This document shows, piece by piece, positions 9,155 to 18,936 of a DNA stretch of 64,000 bases. The position numbers and the translations under genes were made by a program. The DNA is taken from the sequence record NC_041972.1, one strand, 5' to 3'. The notes under the pieces were generated by a model that worked only from the letters and a program-made list of their open reading frames with translations, was not told the origin of the DNA and ran no database searches. How positions within the stretch are numbered: position 1 is the first letter of the stretch; every line of letters starts with the position of its first letter.

Positions 9155-9991
9155 ATGCACTTACTTGATAGTCCTGACGTTTGGATGCCCATACCTGGAT
9201 TCTCACGTTACGAGATCAATGAGGTAGGTGTAGTCAGGAATTGGAATAAACAAATCATTAGCCAATCTAAATGGGGTGATTACTTAAAGGTTGTTATTGC
9301 GGCCGATGACGGCGAACAGCGGATGATCATGGTCCATGTTGCGCTATGCCTCGCCTTCCATGGCAAGCGTCCCGATCTAGGTCCTAATGTTCTAGTAGTA
9401 ACAGTAAACCATAAAGACGGTAATAAAGAAAACAATACCAAATCTAATGTCGAGTGGGTGTCTAACTCAGACAACGTGTTACATGCCTATAAGACTCGTC
9501 TTAACAAGACATCTCAGCATGTGTTGATCGATGATGAGTTAACCGGCGAGCGATTCTCGGTACATTCTTACGAAGAGCTTATGCGCTGGGTCGGTAGTCC
9601 TCATTTGAAAGGCCGAATCTTTTGTAGCATATACCGAGACAAACTTTATCAAGATAGATATCGAATCACCGAATTACCTGGTTATGAACCAGGGTCAGGT
9701 GCGGCGGCAGCTATTCAGATTAAAGTGTTCGATATTGCGGCAAAGCATAATTTACGGAAGAGCGCATATGACGGCTATGTATTTGGCAGCGTCGATGAAG
9801 CTTCCGGAATGTTAAGTTTGAGTGTGTCGCGTATAAAAACGATATTAAGGCTGGGTAACCTGATTTTATTCAACGGTTACCTTTTCATGAAAGCTAACGA
9901 TATGCGAACTATACCTGGTTTCACTAAAGAACAAGTGGAAAAGTCACTTCGCATATTTAAAGCAAAACAACGACGTAAGAACATTTACTAA
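9155..9991 (+). mobile_element. Free-standing HNH homing endonuclease (NUMOD4 + HNH + NUMOD1-like)
   Basis: W.PIPGF..YEI...G.VRN (NUMOD4); VH...C.AF...VNHKDGNKENN...N.EW...DN..HA (HNH); FGSVDEAS..L..SVSRI DNA-binding repeat; abuts nrdB. Confidence 0.88.
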
Positions 9992-10004
9992 AGGTAAACA
10001 CAGC

Positions 10005-11141
10005 ATGCAGTACAGTACTTTCAACCAGAATAAAGTTGACTATCTCCAAGAACCAATGTTCTTTGGTGAAGCCGTGTCTGTTTCTCGCTACGACCAACAG
10101 CGTTATGAAATCTTTGAAAAATTGATCGAGAAACAACACAGTTTCTTCTGGCGTGAGATTGAGGTCGATGTGTCTAAGGATCGTATTGATTTCAATACAA
10201 AGCTCACCGACAGTGAAAAACACATCTTCATCAGCAATTTGAAATACCAAACCCTGCTGGACTCGATTCAGGGTCGCAGTCCTAACGTGGCATTCCTGCC
10301 GATCTGTTCTATCCCGGAACTCGAAACCTGGATGGAAACCTGGTCGTTCTCTGAAACGATCCACTCGCGCTCATACACCCACATCATCCGTAATGTGTTC
10401 AATGAACCAGGGGTGGTGTTTGATGATATCGTCACTAACGAACACATCAAAGCCCGCGCAGCATCAGCAACCAAATACTACGATGAGTTGATTGAACTCA
10501 CGTCTTACTGGAATCTGTTGGGTGAAGGCACTCACGTGGTCAACGGTAAGAAAGTCGTGGTTAGTCTTCGTGCACTGAAACGCCTGCTATTTCTCTGTAT
10601 GGTGTCTGTTAACGCATTAGAAGCTGTTCGTTTCTATGTGTCGTTCGCCTGTTCATTTGCCTTTGCTGAACGTGAGTTGATGGAAGGCAATGCCAAGATC
10701 ATTAAACTGATCGCCCGCGATGAAGCCCTGCACCTGACCGGCACTCAGTACATGATCAATCTCTTGAAGTCTGGCGAAGATGATGCTGAGATGGCGGAGA
10801 TCGTTAAAGAGTGCTGGAAGGAAGCCTGGGACATTTTTGTCGAAGTTGCCGAACAAGAGAAAGATTGGGCAGCTTACTTGTTCCAGGACGGCGGAATGAT
10901 TGGTCTGACGGAGAAGGTGATCGTTCAATATATTGAATATATCACTAACGTCCGCATGCGGGCTATCGGAATGGATATTCCATTCCCTAACGCCACCAGT
11001 AATCCAATCCCATGGATCAACTCCTGGCTGGTCTCTGACAACGTACAGGTGGCTCCACAGGAAACAGAAATTACATCCTATCTGGTCGGTCAGATCGACT
11101 CGAAAGTGGACGCCAACGATTTCGACGATTTCCAACTGTAA
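10005..11141 (+). CDS. nrdB: Class Ia ribonucleotide reductase beta subunit
   Basis: 378 aa; E. coli-like throughout: [14 protein letters not shown] (radical Tyr), [18 protein letters not shown]-terminal SYLVGQIDS...DFQL. Confidence 0.97.
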   Translation: MQYSTFNQNKVDYLQEPMFFGEAVSVSRYDQQRYEIFEKLIEKQHSFFWREIEVDVSKDRIDFNTKLTDSEKHIFISNLKYQTLLDSIQGRSPNVAFLPICSIPELETWMETWSFSETIHSRSYTHIIRNVFNEPGVVFDDIVTNEHIKARAASATKYYDELIELTSYWNLLGEGTHVVNGKKVVVSLRALKRLLFLCMVSVNALEAVRFYVSFACSFAFAERELMEGNAKIIKLIARDEALHLTGTQYMINLLKSGEDDAEMAEIVKECWKEAWDIFVEVAEQEKDWAAYLFQDGGMIGLTEKVIVQYIEYITNVRMRAIGMDIPFPNATSNPIPWINSWLVSDNVQVAPQETEITSYLVGQIDSKVDANDFDDFQL

Positions 11142-11189
11142 CTGCTAGGCACCCATGCTTCGGTGTGGGTGCTGTATAAAGGAGGATGT

Positions 11190-11786
11190 ATGGATGTAGG
11201 GCAACGCAATGTCCAGATCTCAGATCAGTATGAGATTATCGGCATGGCGGGTGTAAACTACCTGCCTTTAAAGAAGTCTTCCTCCGATACATACCGCGTG
11301 GTGTTGTGTCGGCTGGATGGGTTAGGGCGTGACAACACTAACTTGCATTATGACATCGATGATGCTTTCACTGACCACTACCGCTTTATCACCCAGCAAC
11401 TCCCCTTTGCCGAATTTGATGGTAGGGATCGTGTCACCACACTCATGCAGAACTGGCAAGGCAAAGCCACCACCGAGATCATTGACAATATCTTTAGTTC
11501 AATTGATCCCGATGCAGGTGCCTTTACGCTAGAAAGCATCAGTGTGGAAAACGGTTACCTTTATGGCGAGGTCAGATTAGCCAATAGCATTGTGGGAACG
11601 AACCTCTCCATGATGCTGAACCATCCACGTCCCGATCAGACGGCCATGATCTTTGGTGTTCGCTATCTGTCCGTCAATACCAGGCTTGATGGCCTGCAGT
11701 ATGCTGACGTCAAGAAGATCTGCGCGTATGACGTGAATATCGTCAGCGAAACCGAATTAACCCAACGTCGTAACGGGGTAAAATAA
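11190..11786 (+). CDS. Hypothetical protein
   Basis: 198 aa from ATG after AAGGAGG RBS. Confidence 0.75.
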   Translation: MDVGQRNVQISDQYEIIGMAGVNYLPLKKSSSDTYRVVLCRLDGLGRDNTNLHYDIDDAFTDHYRFITQQLPFAEFDGRDRVTTLMQNWQGKATTEIIDNIFSSIDPDAGAFTLESISVENGYLYGEVRLANSIVGTNLSMMLNHPRPDQTAMIFGVRYLSVNTRLDGLQYADVKKICAYDVNIVSETELTQRRNGVK

Positions 11787-11820
11787 TGAACCGTTTAAAA
11801 GGTGCTGTGAGAGCCTATAA

Positions 11821-12438
11821 ATGAAAAGAACAAAAAATATAAAGCTTGATCGTTTTCGTAAGGCATGGAAATTTAAGAAGGTTACGCTGGCATTGATGGT
11901 GGTAACCGGATCGTTTTACCTGGTGGCGTGCGATGAGCCGCGTGATCAGCAAGTGCAGATGTATCAGAATGCGGATGACTGTAGTCGAGCTCGCCCGCAA
12001 GACAAGCAGCGCTGTTCTGATGCGTACAATAACGCCCTGCGTGAATCTGAGCGTACTGCCCCGCGTTACGGATCGAAAGGAGATTGTGATGCCGAGTTTG
12101 GCTCTGACAATTGCTACCAATCCACGGCTCATAGCTCGACCTGGATGCCGTATATGGGCGGATACATGTACGGGCGCAACGGGAGTTACGCACAGCCGTT
12201 GTATTCCTCACGGGTAACGTCAAGTCCTGCCTATCACCGCTACGTCGATGCTGGCGGACGTAACTACGGCAGTGCTATCTCTGGACGCTCGATTAATACC
12301 ACACGCAGCGCGTTAGCGCCCAAGCCTGTAGTCACTTCAACCATTACCCGTGGCGGGTTCGGTGCAAGCGTGGCACACATGAGTAGTTCTCATTCTTCGT
12401 CCAGTCACAGCAGTGGCGGACATTCATCTGGCGGTTAA
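11821..12438 (+). CDS. ygiB: YgiB/UPF0441 (DUF1190) family lipoprotein
   Basis: MKRTK.I, lipobox LVAC, YQNADDC, AYNNAL.E.ERTAP.Y, DC.AEFG, WMP.M.GYM.G, QPL.SS, APKP...T.TRGGFG match enterobacterial YgiB as recalled. Confidence 0.9.
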   Translation: MKRTKNIKLDRFRKAWKFKKVTLALMVVTGSFYLVACDEPRDQQVQMYQNADDCSRARPQDKQRCSDAYNNALRESERTAPRYGSKGDCDAEFGSDNCYQSTAHSSTWMPYMGGYMYGRNGSYAQPLYSSRVTSSPAYHRYVDAGGRNYGSAISGRSINTTRSALAPKPVVTSTITRGGFGASVAHMSSSHSSSSHSSGGHSSGG

Positions 12439-12447
12439 GGAACAGTA

Positions 12448-12969
12448 ATGCAAATCCCCGGTATGCCAACTTCATTTGAAGAGCTGTGCAGTATCATTGT
12501 TAAACTCGGGTTAGTTGATGCCTCGGTTGAAAAGACCACTGAGCTTTTGTGGCAGTCTGTCGAAGACCACGGCTACACCCATCGGTGGGACGACCCAGAT
12601 CAAGAGATGACGTCAACAGAACGTTGGTTCAACCGCGCAGAAGAGTTGAAAATGACGTTCCATGGTGATGTTGTCGCCATGCTGGTTGATTGGTCTATTA
12701 TGACGGGTCGTATGGCTCAGTACCATAATGACATTGATTATCAGCAATATTATCGCAACTGGTTGGCTTCGCAGATCAGTGTTAAGCTACAACTCGATGA
12801 GGAAGGCGTCACCGAAACGACCTTACATCCACCAACCTATCGCTATCTTCAAGGTGGCAAGATCTTTGTCATCAATGCAGCCACTTCTGGTAACGGTGGT
12901 GGCATCAACTATTACACCATGTCATTAGAGGAGTATGTGAAGTACATTAAAACGCAACCGGCTATTTAA
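12448..12969 (+). CDS. Hypothetical protein
   Basis: 173 aa, AAGGA RBS. Confidence 0.7.
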   Translation: MQIPGMPTSFEELCSIIVKLGLVDASVEKTTELLWQSVEDHGYTHRWDDPDQEMTSTERWFNRAEELKMTFHGDVVAMLVDWSIMTGRMAQYHNDIDYQQYYRNWLASQISVKLQLDEEGVTETTLHPPTYRYLQGGKIFVINAATSGNGGGINYYTMSLEEYVKYIKTQPAI

Positions 12970-13002
12970 TGTAAGAGCCCGCTATCAGTAGGAGAGTTAC
13001 GT

Positions 13003-13305
13003 ATGGCGAACAAAAGTGTTATCGGCGTGATCAAATACAGTCGGGTGGACAACAAAGACACCTGGACAGTCTACCAGCACGGTAAACACGTTGAGCTTTT
13101 CCAGAAAGCTTTCCAGCATCCCATCGAGGCGTTTAAGCTTCGGGATATTTCCAAAGTAGGTCGGCCTGAAGTCAGTCATGCCTCGGGCCATTATCCGATC
13201 GTTGATAACCCCAGTATCCGCGTCTTCTACGAAGATGGCAGTATCGGTGTGGGTGCGGGTGCGTTAATCAACATCATGTTGCAACAGTATCAATTAACGG
13301 AGTGA
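13003..13305 (+). CDS. Hypothetical protein
   Basis: 100 aa, AGGAG RBS, directly upstream of higA-like gene. Confidence 0.7.
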   Translation: MANKSVIGVIKYSRVDNKDTWTVYQHGKHVELFQKAFQHPIEAFKLRDISKVGRPEVSHASGHYPIVDNPSIRVFYEDGSIGVGAGALINIMLQQYQLTE

Positions 13306-13309
13306 CATC

Positions 13310-13600
13310 ATGGGTAAAGTCAAAGAGATTTTGTATGGTCGCCGCGGTAGCACGGCCGGTGAGATTCTTAAGTTAGAATACATGGAGCCGTTAAACCTCA
13401 CCGTCGATGAAACAGCAAAGAAACTGAAAGTTGCAAAGTCTACCATCAGCCGGATTATTAATGGCCGTTGCCGCTTGAGCAAGCCCCTTGCCACCAAACT
13501 TGCCAAAGCGTTCGCCACTACTCCGGAATACTGGATGAACTTTGCTGACAACTGCACCAACCCCTATCCAAACTTGCGGGCCAAGGGCTGGTACAGATGA
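13310..13600 (+). CDS. higA: HigA-like Xre HTH antitoxin
   Basis: GEIL..EYMEPL.L.....A..L.V....IS.I.NG...LS...A.KLA.AF.TTPEYWMN matches the HigA antidote family. Confidence 0.85.
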   Translation: MGKVKEILYGRRGSTAGEILKLEYMEPLNLTVDETAKKLKVAKSTISRIINGRCRLSKPLATKLAKAFATTPEYWMNFADNCTNPYPNLRAKGWYR

Positions 13601-13818
13601 ACATCGCCGAACCCATCTATGAGGTGGAAGTCGGCAAAACGTATCTGTCACCTTCGGGCTTGCCGTTCGAAGTGTTGTTCTTAGCCGCCCATGGTCAGGA
13701 CTGCACGGTGCCGATGGTGGTATACCGCAACCTCACCCCGACGTACGACAAACCTGCAGGGCAGATCTGGACCACATCGGAGTCACTCTTTCTAACACAA
13801 TTCCGCGTGCCTGCGTGA
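13597..13818 (+). CDS. DUF1653-like small SH3-type protein
   Basis: G..Y....G..FEVL..A.H......MVVYR.L....IW.....F pattern. Confidence 0.65.
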   Translation: MNIAEPIYEVEVGKTYLSPSGLPFEVLFLAAHGQDCTVPMVVYRNLTPTYDKPAGQIWTTSESLFLTQFRVPA

Positions 13819-13862
13819 TGCTATGGCGGTAACTGACCGTCCATCACTACAGAGGCAAGCGC

Positions 13863-14168
13863 ATGTCTACGAACGAGAACTTTCATGTATCCGATCAGGC
13901 GATTATCGATGCCATCCTGGAATACACCCGTAACGGGAAAGAACCAGCTGTAGTCAAGTACGACCCCGATGGCCCTGAAGCAGAACGCATGAGTCAGGAA
14001 CATCGGATTGTCACCTGGTTTCAAGACATCCGTACCATTGTTGACGCGGTATGTCAACGTCCAGGTTTCTCCGGGCTTAACGTGCTGAAGATCGCAACCC
14101 GTGCTATGGAACAGGATATCATAGCACAGTCAGCGGGACCGGCATCGCCTATTAACCCTGAACTGTAG
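13863..14168 (+). CDS. Hypothetical protein
   Basis: 101 aa, GAGG RBS. Confidence 0.65.
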   Translation: MSTNENFHVSDQAIIDAILEYTRNGKEPAVVKYDPDGPEAERMSQEHRIVTWFQDIRTIVDAVCQRPGFSGLNVLKIATRAMEQDIIAQSAGPASPINPEL

Positions 14169-14189
14169 AAAATAAGAAGACTTTCACAC

Positions 14190-14447
14190 ATGCAATTAAA
14201 AGACCTGCTTACCTGCATTCGCCCGGGTGATGTTATCACCAATACCGCCTGGCCACAGGGACGGACCTTTACCGTCTCAACGGAGTTCATGAAGTTTCAT
14301 ACCGGTCGTGGTACGGATGTTCATGAACGCAATTCATGCCCAGATGGTGCGTGGCACGGTTGGTCGGTAGCAAACAAATATGCCACCGTACTTAACCGTC
14401 GTGCAGTAGCGCAATCCCACAACCCGATTAAAGAGGACGTTTCATGA
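14190..14447 (+). CDS. Hypothetical protein
   Basis: 85 aa; ATGA overlap with next gene. Confidence 0.55.
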   Translation: MQLKDLLTCIRPGDVITNTAWPQGRTFTVSTEFMKFHTGRGTDVHERNSCPDGAWHGWSVANKYATVLNRRAVAQSHNPIKEDVS

Positions 14448-14845
14448 TTACCATTACGGACATGCACGATGAAGAAGGGTTCACTGACGAAAAGAAAGAT
14501 GCGTTAGTGAAACTTCTGCCAGAAGACAACAACGGTCTTGCACACACCTATCGTTTTACTGATGGTGCTGAAGAGAACCCGTTTGAAGGCTTCCTGATCA
14601 TCGGCGCCCCAACGCTGGTTTATCACTTTATCCGCACCGGTAAGAATGACGCGGGTGAAGAAGAAGAGACCTATCTGGGCCAATACGTCCCAACGGTCGA
14701 TGGCGGTGTAATGCCAGAGAACGGCCTGGGTCAGAACCTGAGCGACAACGTGGGTACTCGCGTGGCAGAGTTTGAATCTGTTATTCGTAGCTTCCACCGT
14801 AAAGTGCTCGAGCGTCTGGGTCAGCCAGTCCCTGGCGCACGGTAA
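14444..14845 (+). CDS. Hypothetical acidic protein
   Basis: 133 aa, GAGGA RBS. Confidence 0.7.
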   Translation: MITITDMHDEEGFTDEKKDALVKLLPEDNNGLAHTYRFTDGAEENPFEGFLIIGAPTLVYHFIRTGKNDAGEEEETYLGQYVPTVDGGVMPENGLGQNLSDNVGTRVAEFESVIRSFHRKVLERLGQPVPGAR

Positions 14846-14851
14846 GATGAC

Positions 14852-14880
14852 ACCCGGGGGTTCTCCCCGGGTTTTATGCC
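14852..14880 (+). terminator. Hairpin terminator with TTTATGCC tail
   Basis: ACCCGGGG-GTTCT-CCCCGGGT TTTATGCC. Confidence 0.75.
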
Positions 14881-14951
14881 GTCTTTTTATTTTTTGTTAC
14901 AGATTACATAGATGGTACTTATTATACACCACTACTGAAAAGGAATACATC

Positions 14952-15857
14952 ATGTCTGAGCAAGCCGCTGTAAAACCGAAGAATTATACCAACCTGACTG
15001 TCACCATCGCCGGTAATGACCCAGTTGCTGCCACTGCCGTTGCCAGTGTGTTATCAACGTACCTGAACGAAAAGGGTCTGGCCGGTCGTCGGCTGGGTGA
15101 GAATGCTATCGCCCCTGACTTCGCGGTGCAATCTGTTGAAGGTCTGGCTGCTGACCAGAACAACAGTGTAAACGTTTCTGTTGACACCCTGACCATGGAA
15201 TCCCTGCAGGGCAGAACGCAGGTCTGGGATTGGCCAACCTGGGGTGATAGCGAACAACCCTGGACCGCGCTGGTCGGTGACGAACTGCGTAACCTCTGGT
15301 CAACGTTCTCCGGTGTGCAGAAACGCGCTATCTATAAAAGCCTGGCGGCACTGAACATCGTGGTAGAAGACGATGAGATGACCGAAGAGAAAGCACAGGA
15401 GATCATCAACAACTCCGAAGTGTATGTTGATCTGCGTGATGTGCGTAACGACGGCAGTTATAGACGCGTGCTGATTGACGGCACTGCGACCATTGAAGAG
15501 CTTGATGCCATCAAGTTCATCTTCCAGACCGCTCGTGAAGGCAACCCGGTCACCCACGAAGACATCACACTGCAACAGCAGCAGGATACCAGCAACGGCG
15601 CGCATGCAGCACCTGAACTGCCGGATGGTCGTGAGACACCAGAGCTACCGGATACCCTTGAACCGCTGGCCAGTCCGGAATACAACCCGGAAGATTTAGA
15701 GCCGGGTACAGGCATTCCCGCGGTAAACCCAACTGACCCTTCGCTGGCCCCACAAACCAAACAGCAGGCTGTGTCGTTTGACAACAGCGATAAAGCTACC
15801 CTGGCTGCTGCGCCTACTTCAGGAACCGTCCGTCCATCCGACGACATGGGAGACTAA
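14952..15857 (+). CDS. Hypothetical protein with acidic, Pro-rich C-terminal tail
   Basis: 301 aa from ATG after AAGGA RBS; duplicated PELPD. Confidence 0.75.
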   Translation: MSEQAAVKPKNYTNLTVTIAGNDPVAATAVASVLSTYLNEKGLAGRRLGENAIAPDFAVQSVEGLAADQNNSVNVSVDTLTMESLQGRTQVWDWPTWGDSEQPWTALVGDELRNLWSTFSGVQKRAIYKSLAALNIVVEDDEMTEEKAQEIINNSEVYVDLRDVRNDGSYRRVLIDGTATIEELDAIKFIFQTAREGNPVTHEDITLQQQQDTSNGAHAAPELPDGRETPELPDTLEPLASPEYNPEDLEPGTGIPAVNPTDPSLAPQTKQQAVSFDNSDKATLAAAPTSGTVRPSDDMGD

Positions 15858-15861
15858 GTCA

Positions 15862-16260
15862 ATGCTACCGAAGTCTGAACCAATCTCCATCTTCAGCGTC
15901 TCGAGTGTTCAACTGACCGAAACGTCAGAAGCGCACTTTCGTAAAGAGCTGAACGAGGCAGATGCCATTCACTCTGTCTACGCCTTTAAAGATGGCTCGC
16001 AATTCGGTGCCCGCTTTAATGGCTTTCTGGTGATCACCGGCCCTATCCTGGCGTACCAGTTATTCCGGGGCAGTGAACTGGAGTCGTCTGAGTTCGTCGG
16101 CACCTTTATGTACGGTGAAGGCGGGGAAGCGATTATCCCAGAGAACGTTAAAACGGTGTTCAGTCAATATGACCGTAACCGAGTGACCCAGTTTAAGGCA
16201 TTAGCCCAAGCACTGCACTCAGCGGTCACTGACCACATCAAAGGGGTACGGCGTGACTGA
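15862..16260 (+). CDS. Hypothetical protein
   Basis: 132 aa from ATG after GGGAG RBS. Confidence 0.65.
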   Translation: MLPKSEPISIFSVSSVQLTETSEAHFRKELNEADAIHSVYAFKDGSQFGARFNGFLVITGPILAYQLFRGSELESSEFVGTFMYGEGGEAIIPENVKTVFSQYDRNRVTQFKALAQALHSAVTDHIKGVRRD

Positions 16261-16957
16261 CATCATTTCAACACCAGAAGCAGCGGCGGCCCTGCCGGCG
16301 TTTAAAGGGGTGTTGGGTGAACAGGTAAAAGGCTTCGGAGCAAGCCAGCTCACCGGCTGGCATATTGTGGTCGCTGATCCGACTGACCTGCCAAAGGGGG
16401 TGCAAGAAGGCCTCAGTGCTTTGGTGGGTCGCTCCAGCATCTTTACCTACCTCGGTGCCCGCTGGGTATTTGACAGCATCGGCACCGGTTATCTGCAACG
16501 CACCCGTATGGTCATTGACCCTGACACGGTTAACATCGAACAGATTGAAGACCGGTCTGCTCAACACGGTATCGTCCGGGGAAGTGAAGATCGTCGAGAG
16601 TGGAACCTGGGTAACTGGGTCGCACACCTCGGGGGTCGCATCAACCGGGATAGCTACCTGGAGTTCGGTAGTCTGTATGCATTAGATCAGATGATCAATC
16701 AGATGCATAAATTGATGTTTCGCACCAAAGATGATGAGCTGAAGATTCACATCGTGGGCGGGTCACCTGATGATCAAAAAGTTATTGCACTGCTGATTGG
16801 CGGTGTCTTGGACGACTACGATGTCACCCCGAGCACCAGTCTTGGTAAACTCATTGAAGAGGCATCAGTTAATCCCCCTTCAATGGATAGCCTGAACGAC
16901 ACAGCGGATCATTCGTTGCGTCTTAAAATTGAAATTAATATTGTGCCTCGTAACTGA
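16253..16957 (+). CDS. Hypothetical protein
   Basis: 234 aa, GTG start after AAGGGG. Confidence 0.7.
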   Translation: MTDIISTPEAAAALPAFKGVLGEQVKGFGASQLTGWHIVVADPTDLPKGVQEGLSALVGRSSIFTYLGARWVFDSIGTGYLQRTRMVIDPDTVNIEQIEDRSAQHGIVRGSEDRREWNLGNWVAHLGGRINRDSYLEFGSLYALDQMINQMHKLMFRTKDDELKIHIVGGSPDDQKVIALLIGGVLDDYDVTPSTSLGKLIEEASVNPPSMDSLNDTADHSLRLKIEINIVPRN

Positions 16958-16986
16958 GGCCTTATTTCTCGTCGAAGGAAAAAGAG

Positions 16987-17634
16987 ATGGCTGACATTAA
17001 CTATTACGAACTGATTCGCAACTGGGGTAAAGCCCGTAACATCATCGGTGGTGGTTCTACCCCGATCGATCAGTTCATCAAAGGCACCACGGAAGCGGCA
17101 GAGCTCTGGGCCAATGTGTTGGGTAAAGAACCCGCTAAGCTGAAAGATGACATCGGCGATACGCTGGTCTGTCTGACACAGTCTTACGGCATTGCTGGCA
17201 GTGTGGTGATTGAAGACGCGGCATCTCATGCTGACCAGTACCTGGCATCACTGCGTAAAGATTACGAAGCCTACGGCGAATGGGCGCTGAAACGCTTTGC
17301 CCTGAAAGTGCTGCGTAGCATGTCTGACATCTCGGCGCAGATTGAACACGCCCAGTTCGACCCTGACCGCCATTGCCCGGACCGTCTGTCTGATGAAACT
17401 GCAGAGCTGGTAGCCGTCCTGACGGTGATTGCAGAGAACCAGGGCTGGACGCTGGAAGAGTGTCTGGAAGAAGCGTACAACGACATCAAAGACCGTAAAG
17501 GTGTGATGTTCAACGGTGGCTTCGTAAAAGAAGCGAGCCTGTCAGTTGAGCGCGCGCAAGAGATGCTGGCTTCTGGCACCGTCGGCGGTGTGGGTGCTGA
17601 ATACCTGAATGACTACATCAGCACAAACAGCTAA
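16987..17634 (+). CDS. MazG-like NTP pyrophosphohydrolase with internal insertion
   Basis: I..W...RNI, K...EA.EL, KDDIGD.LV.L and LEECLE.AY.DIKDRKG....G.FVKE phage MazG-like motifs. Confidence 0.8.
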   Translation: MADINYYELIRNWGKARNIIGGGSTPIDQFIKGTTEAAELWANVLGKEPAKLKDDIGDTLVCLTQSYGIAGSVVIEDAASHADQYLASLRKDYEAYGEWALKRFALKVLRSMSDISAQIEHAQFDPDRHCPDRLSDETAELVAVLTVIAENQGWTLEECLEEAYNDIKDRKGVMFNGGFVKEASLSVERAQEMLASGTVGGVGAEYLNDYISTNS

Positions 17635-17651
17635 CTGTAAATAAAGTTAAA

Positions 17652-17694
17652 CCTACATTACCTAAGGGATAGTGAAAGCTATCCCTTTTATGCC
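17652..17694 (+). promoter_or_regulatory. Putative early promoter overlapping a hairpin-TTTATGCC element
   Basis: CCTACATTAC-ctaa-GGGA; AAGGGATAG-TGAAAG-CTATCCCTT hairpin begins at the inferred start site. Confidence 0.6.
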
Positions 17695-17715
17695 AATTAT
17701 GATTGAGGAGTCAAA

Positions 17716-18096
17716 ATGAAACAGGTTGCTGCGAACGTAAATGTTCTTTCTGTCGATTATCGTTTCGGCGCTAAACAGATGGAGACCTACGCCAAGTTTA
17801 TCACTGACGCATTAACGGCGGGTCGGAAAGTCTTTATCCATGCCGATAAAGAAGCGCGAGCAAAAGTGAATGAGCTCTTTCCTAAAGTCCTCGGCCAGGA
17901 GGTGATGGAGAAGGTACTTGTTCGTGCCTACCCCGTCAGTGAACTGACTGCCATTAACGTCGGGCGGGGCATGTCCAGCGTGTCGGCAATCTTCATTAGC
18001 AAAACCGGGCGCTATACCGATCAAATCACGAAAACGTTTTCAGCCGTCAAAGACCATGATGCGTTGATTGTTGAATGCAGCGAAGTGGTGGCGTGA
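17716..18096 (+). CDS. Hypothetical protein
   Basis: 126 aa, GAGGAG RBS. Confidence 0.75.
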   Translation: MKQVAANVNVLSVDYRFGAKQMETYAKFITDALTAGRKVFIHADKEARAKVNELFPKVLGQEVMEKVLVRAYPVSELTAINVGRGMSSVSAIFISKTGRYTDQITKTFSAVKDHDALIVECSEVVA

Positions 18097-18446
18097 TGTC
18101 AAAGGCTAAAGCAGTCTGGGATGACCTCTCATACGCCCTGCTCATTCTGGGTGCGTGGCTTCTGTATATTGTCTTTGTTGGCTGGCGTGCTTATTTCTTC
18201 CCAGAGAAAACTATCATCAAGAACGATGAGGATTTACTGGCGTACCAGGAAACCGCCGGGCGTTTCAATCGGTTTGTCAACGAAGCATTAGAAACGGTGA
18301 TTGCTGACACGGAATGTTTATATCCCATCACAATCACTAAACGCGGGCATTGGTTCTTTGCCGCAGATATGTTTACTGTTCAGAATGCCAAGTGCATAAG
18401 TCAGGTTGGTCTCAATAATAACGTGACGACTACCCCGATCAGTTAA
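18096..18446 (+). CDS. Hypothetical membrane-anchored protein
   Basis: 116 aa; TGATG coupling; one TM helix. Confidence 0.65.
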   Translation: MSKAKAVWDDLSYALLILGAWLLYIVFVGWRAYFFPEKTIIKNDEDLLAYQETAGRFNRFVNEALETVIADTECLYPITITKRGHWFFAADMFTVQNAKCISQVGLNNNVTTTPIS

Positions 18447-18503
18447 GCCTCAAGGGAGGTAATCCCTCCCTATCACTCATTAACCTACTTGTGGAGATTT
18501 GCC

Positions 18504-18920
18504 ATGACAACGTCGCGTACTGACTTGATTACTAGCCGGATCAAAGAAGCATTGAATGGGGTCCGGGTACAAACCAGTGAGCTGTATCATGAATCGACTG
18601 ATGTCGCATCGTTCGGTGCGGTAAAAACGGTGATGTTCTTTTGGAATATAGCTGACAATGATTTAACTGCTGAGATGGTTGAGCGTGAAATCCTGGTCCG
18701 ACTACAGACCGAGAACATTTACGTGGCCTTTCACAAAACCCGCCGGCGTGAAGGGGAGCGCTTAATCGCGGCCAGTATTGCCTGTAATCCGAATAACCCG
18801 AATTACACCTACGGTAACCTGCGGGGCTTCACCCAGATGTGGTTACAGAAAAGCTTCGGGGCAACGAAAGAACGTCTGCAACAAAAACAACGTGACAGTA
18901 ATTTATTTATCCGCCGTTAA
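18504..18920 (+). CDS. Hypothetical protein
   Basis: 138 aa, GGAG RBS. Confidence 0.7.
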   Translation: MTTSRTDLITSRIKEALNGVRVQTSELYHESTDVASFGAVKTVMFFWNIADNDLTAEMVEREILVRLQTENIYVAFHKTRRREGERLIAASIACNPNNPNYTYGNLRGFTQMWLQKSFGATKERLQQKQRDSNLFIRR

Positions 18921-18936
18921 TTAAGGAAAAAAGAAC

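Noticed and set aside
13003-13305. HigB toxin
   Set aside because: Size and position fit, but RelE/HigB motifs are essentially absent; left as hypothetical.
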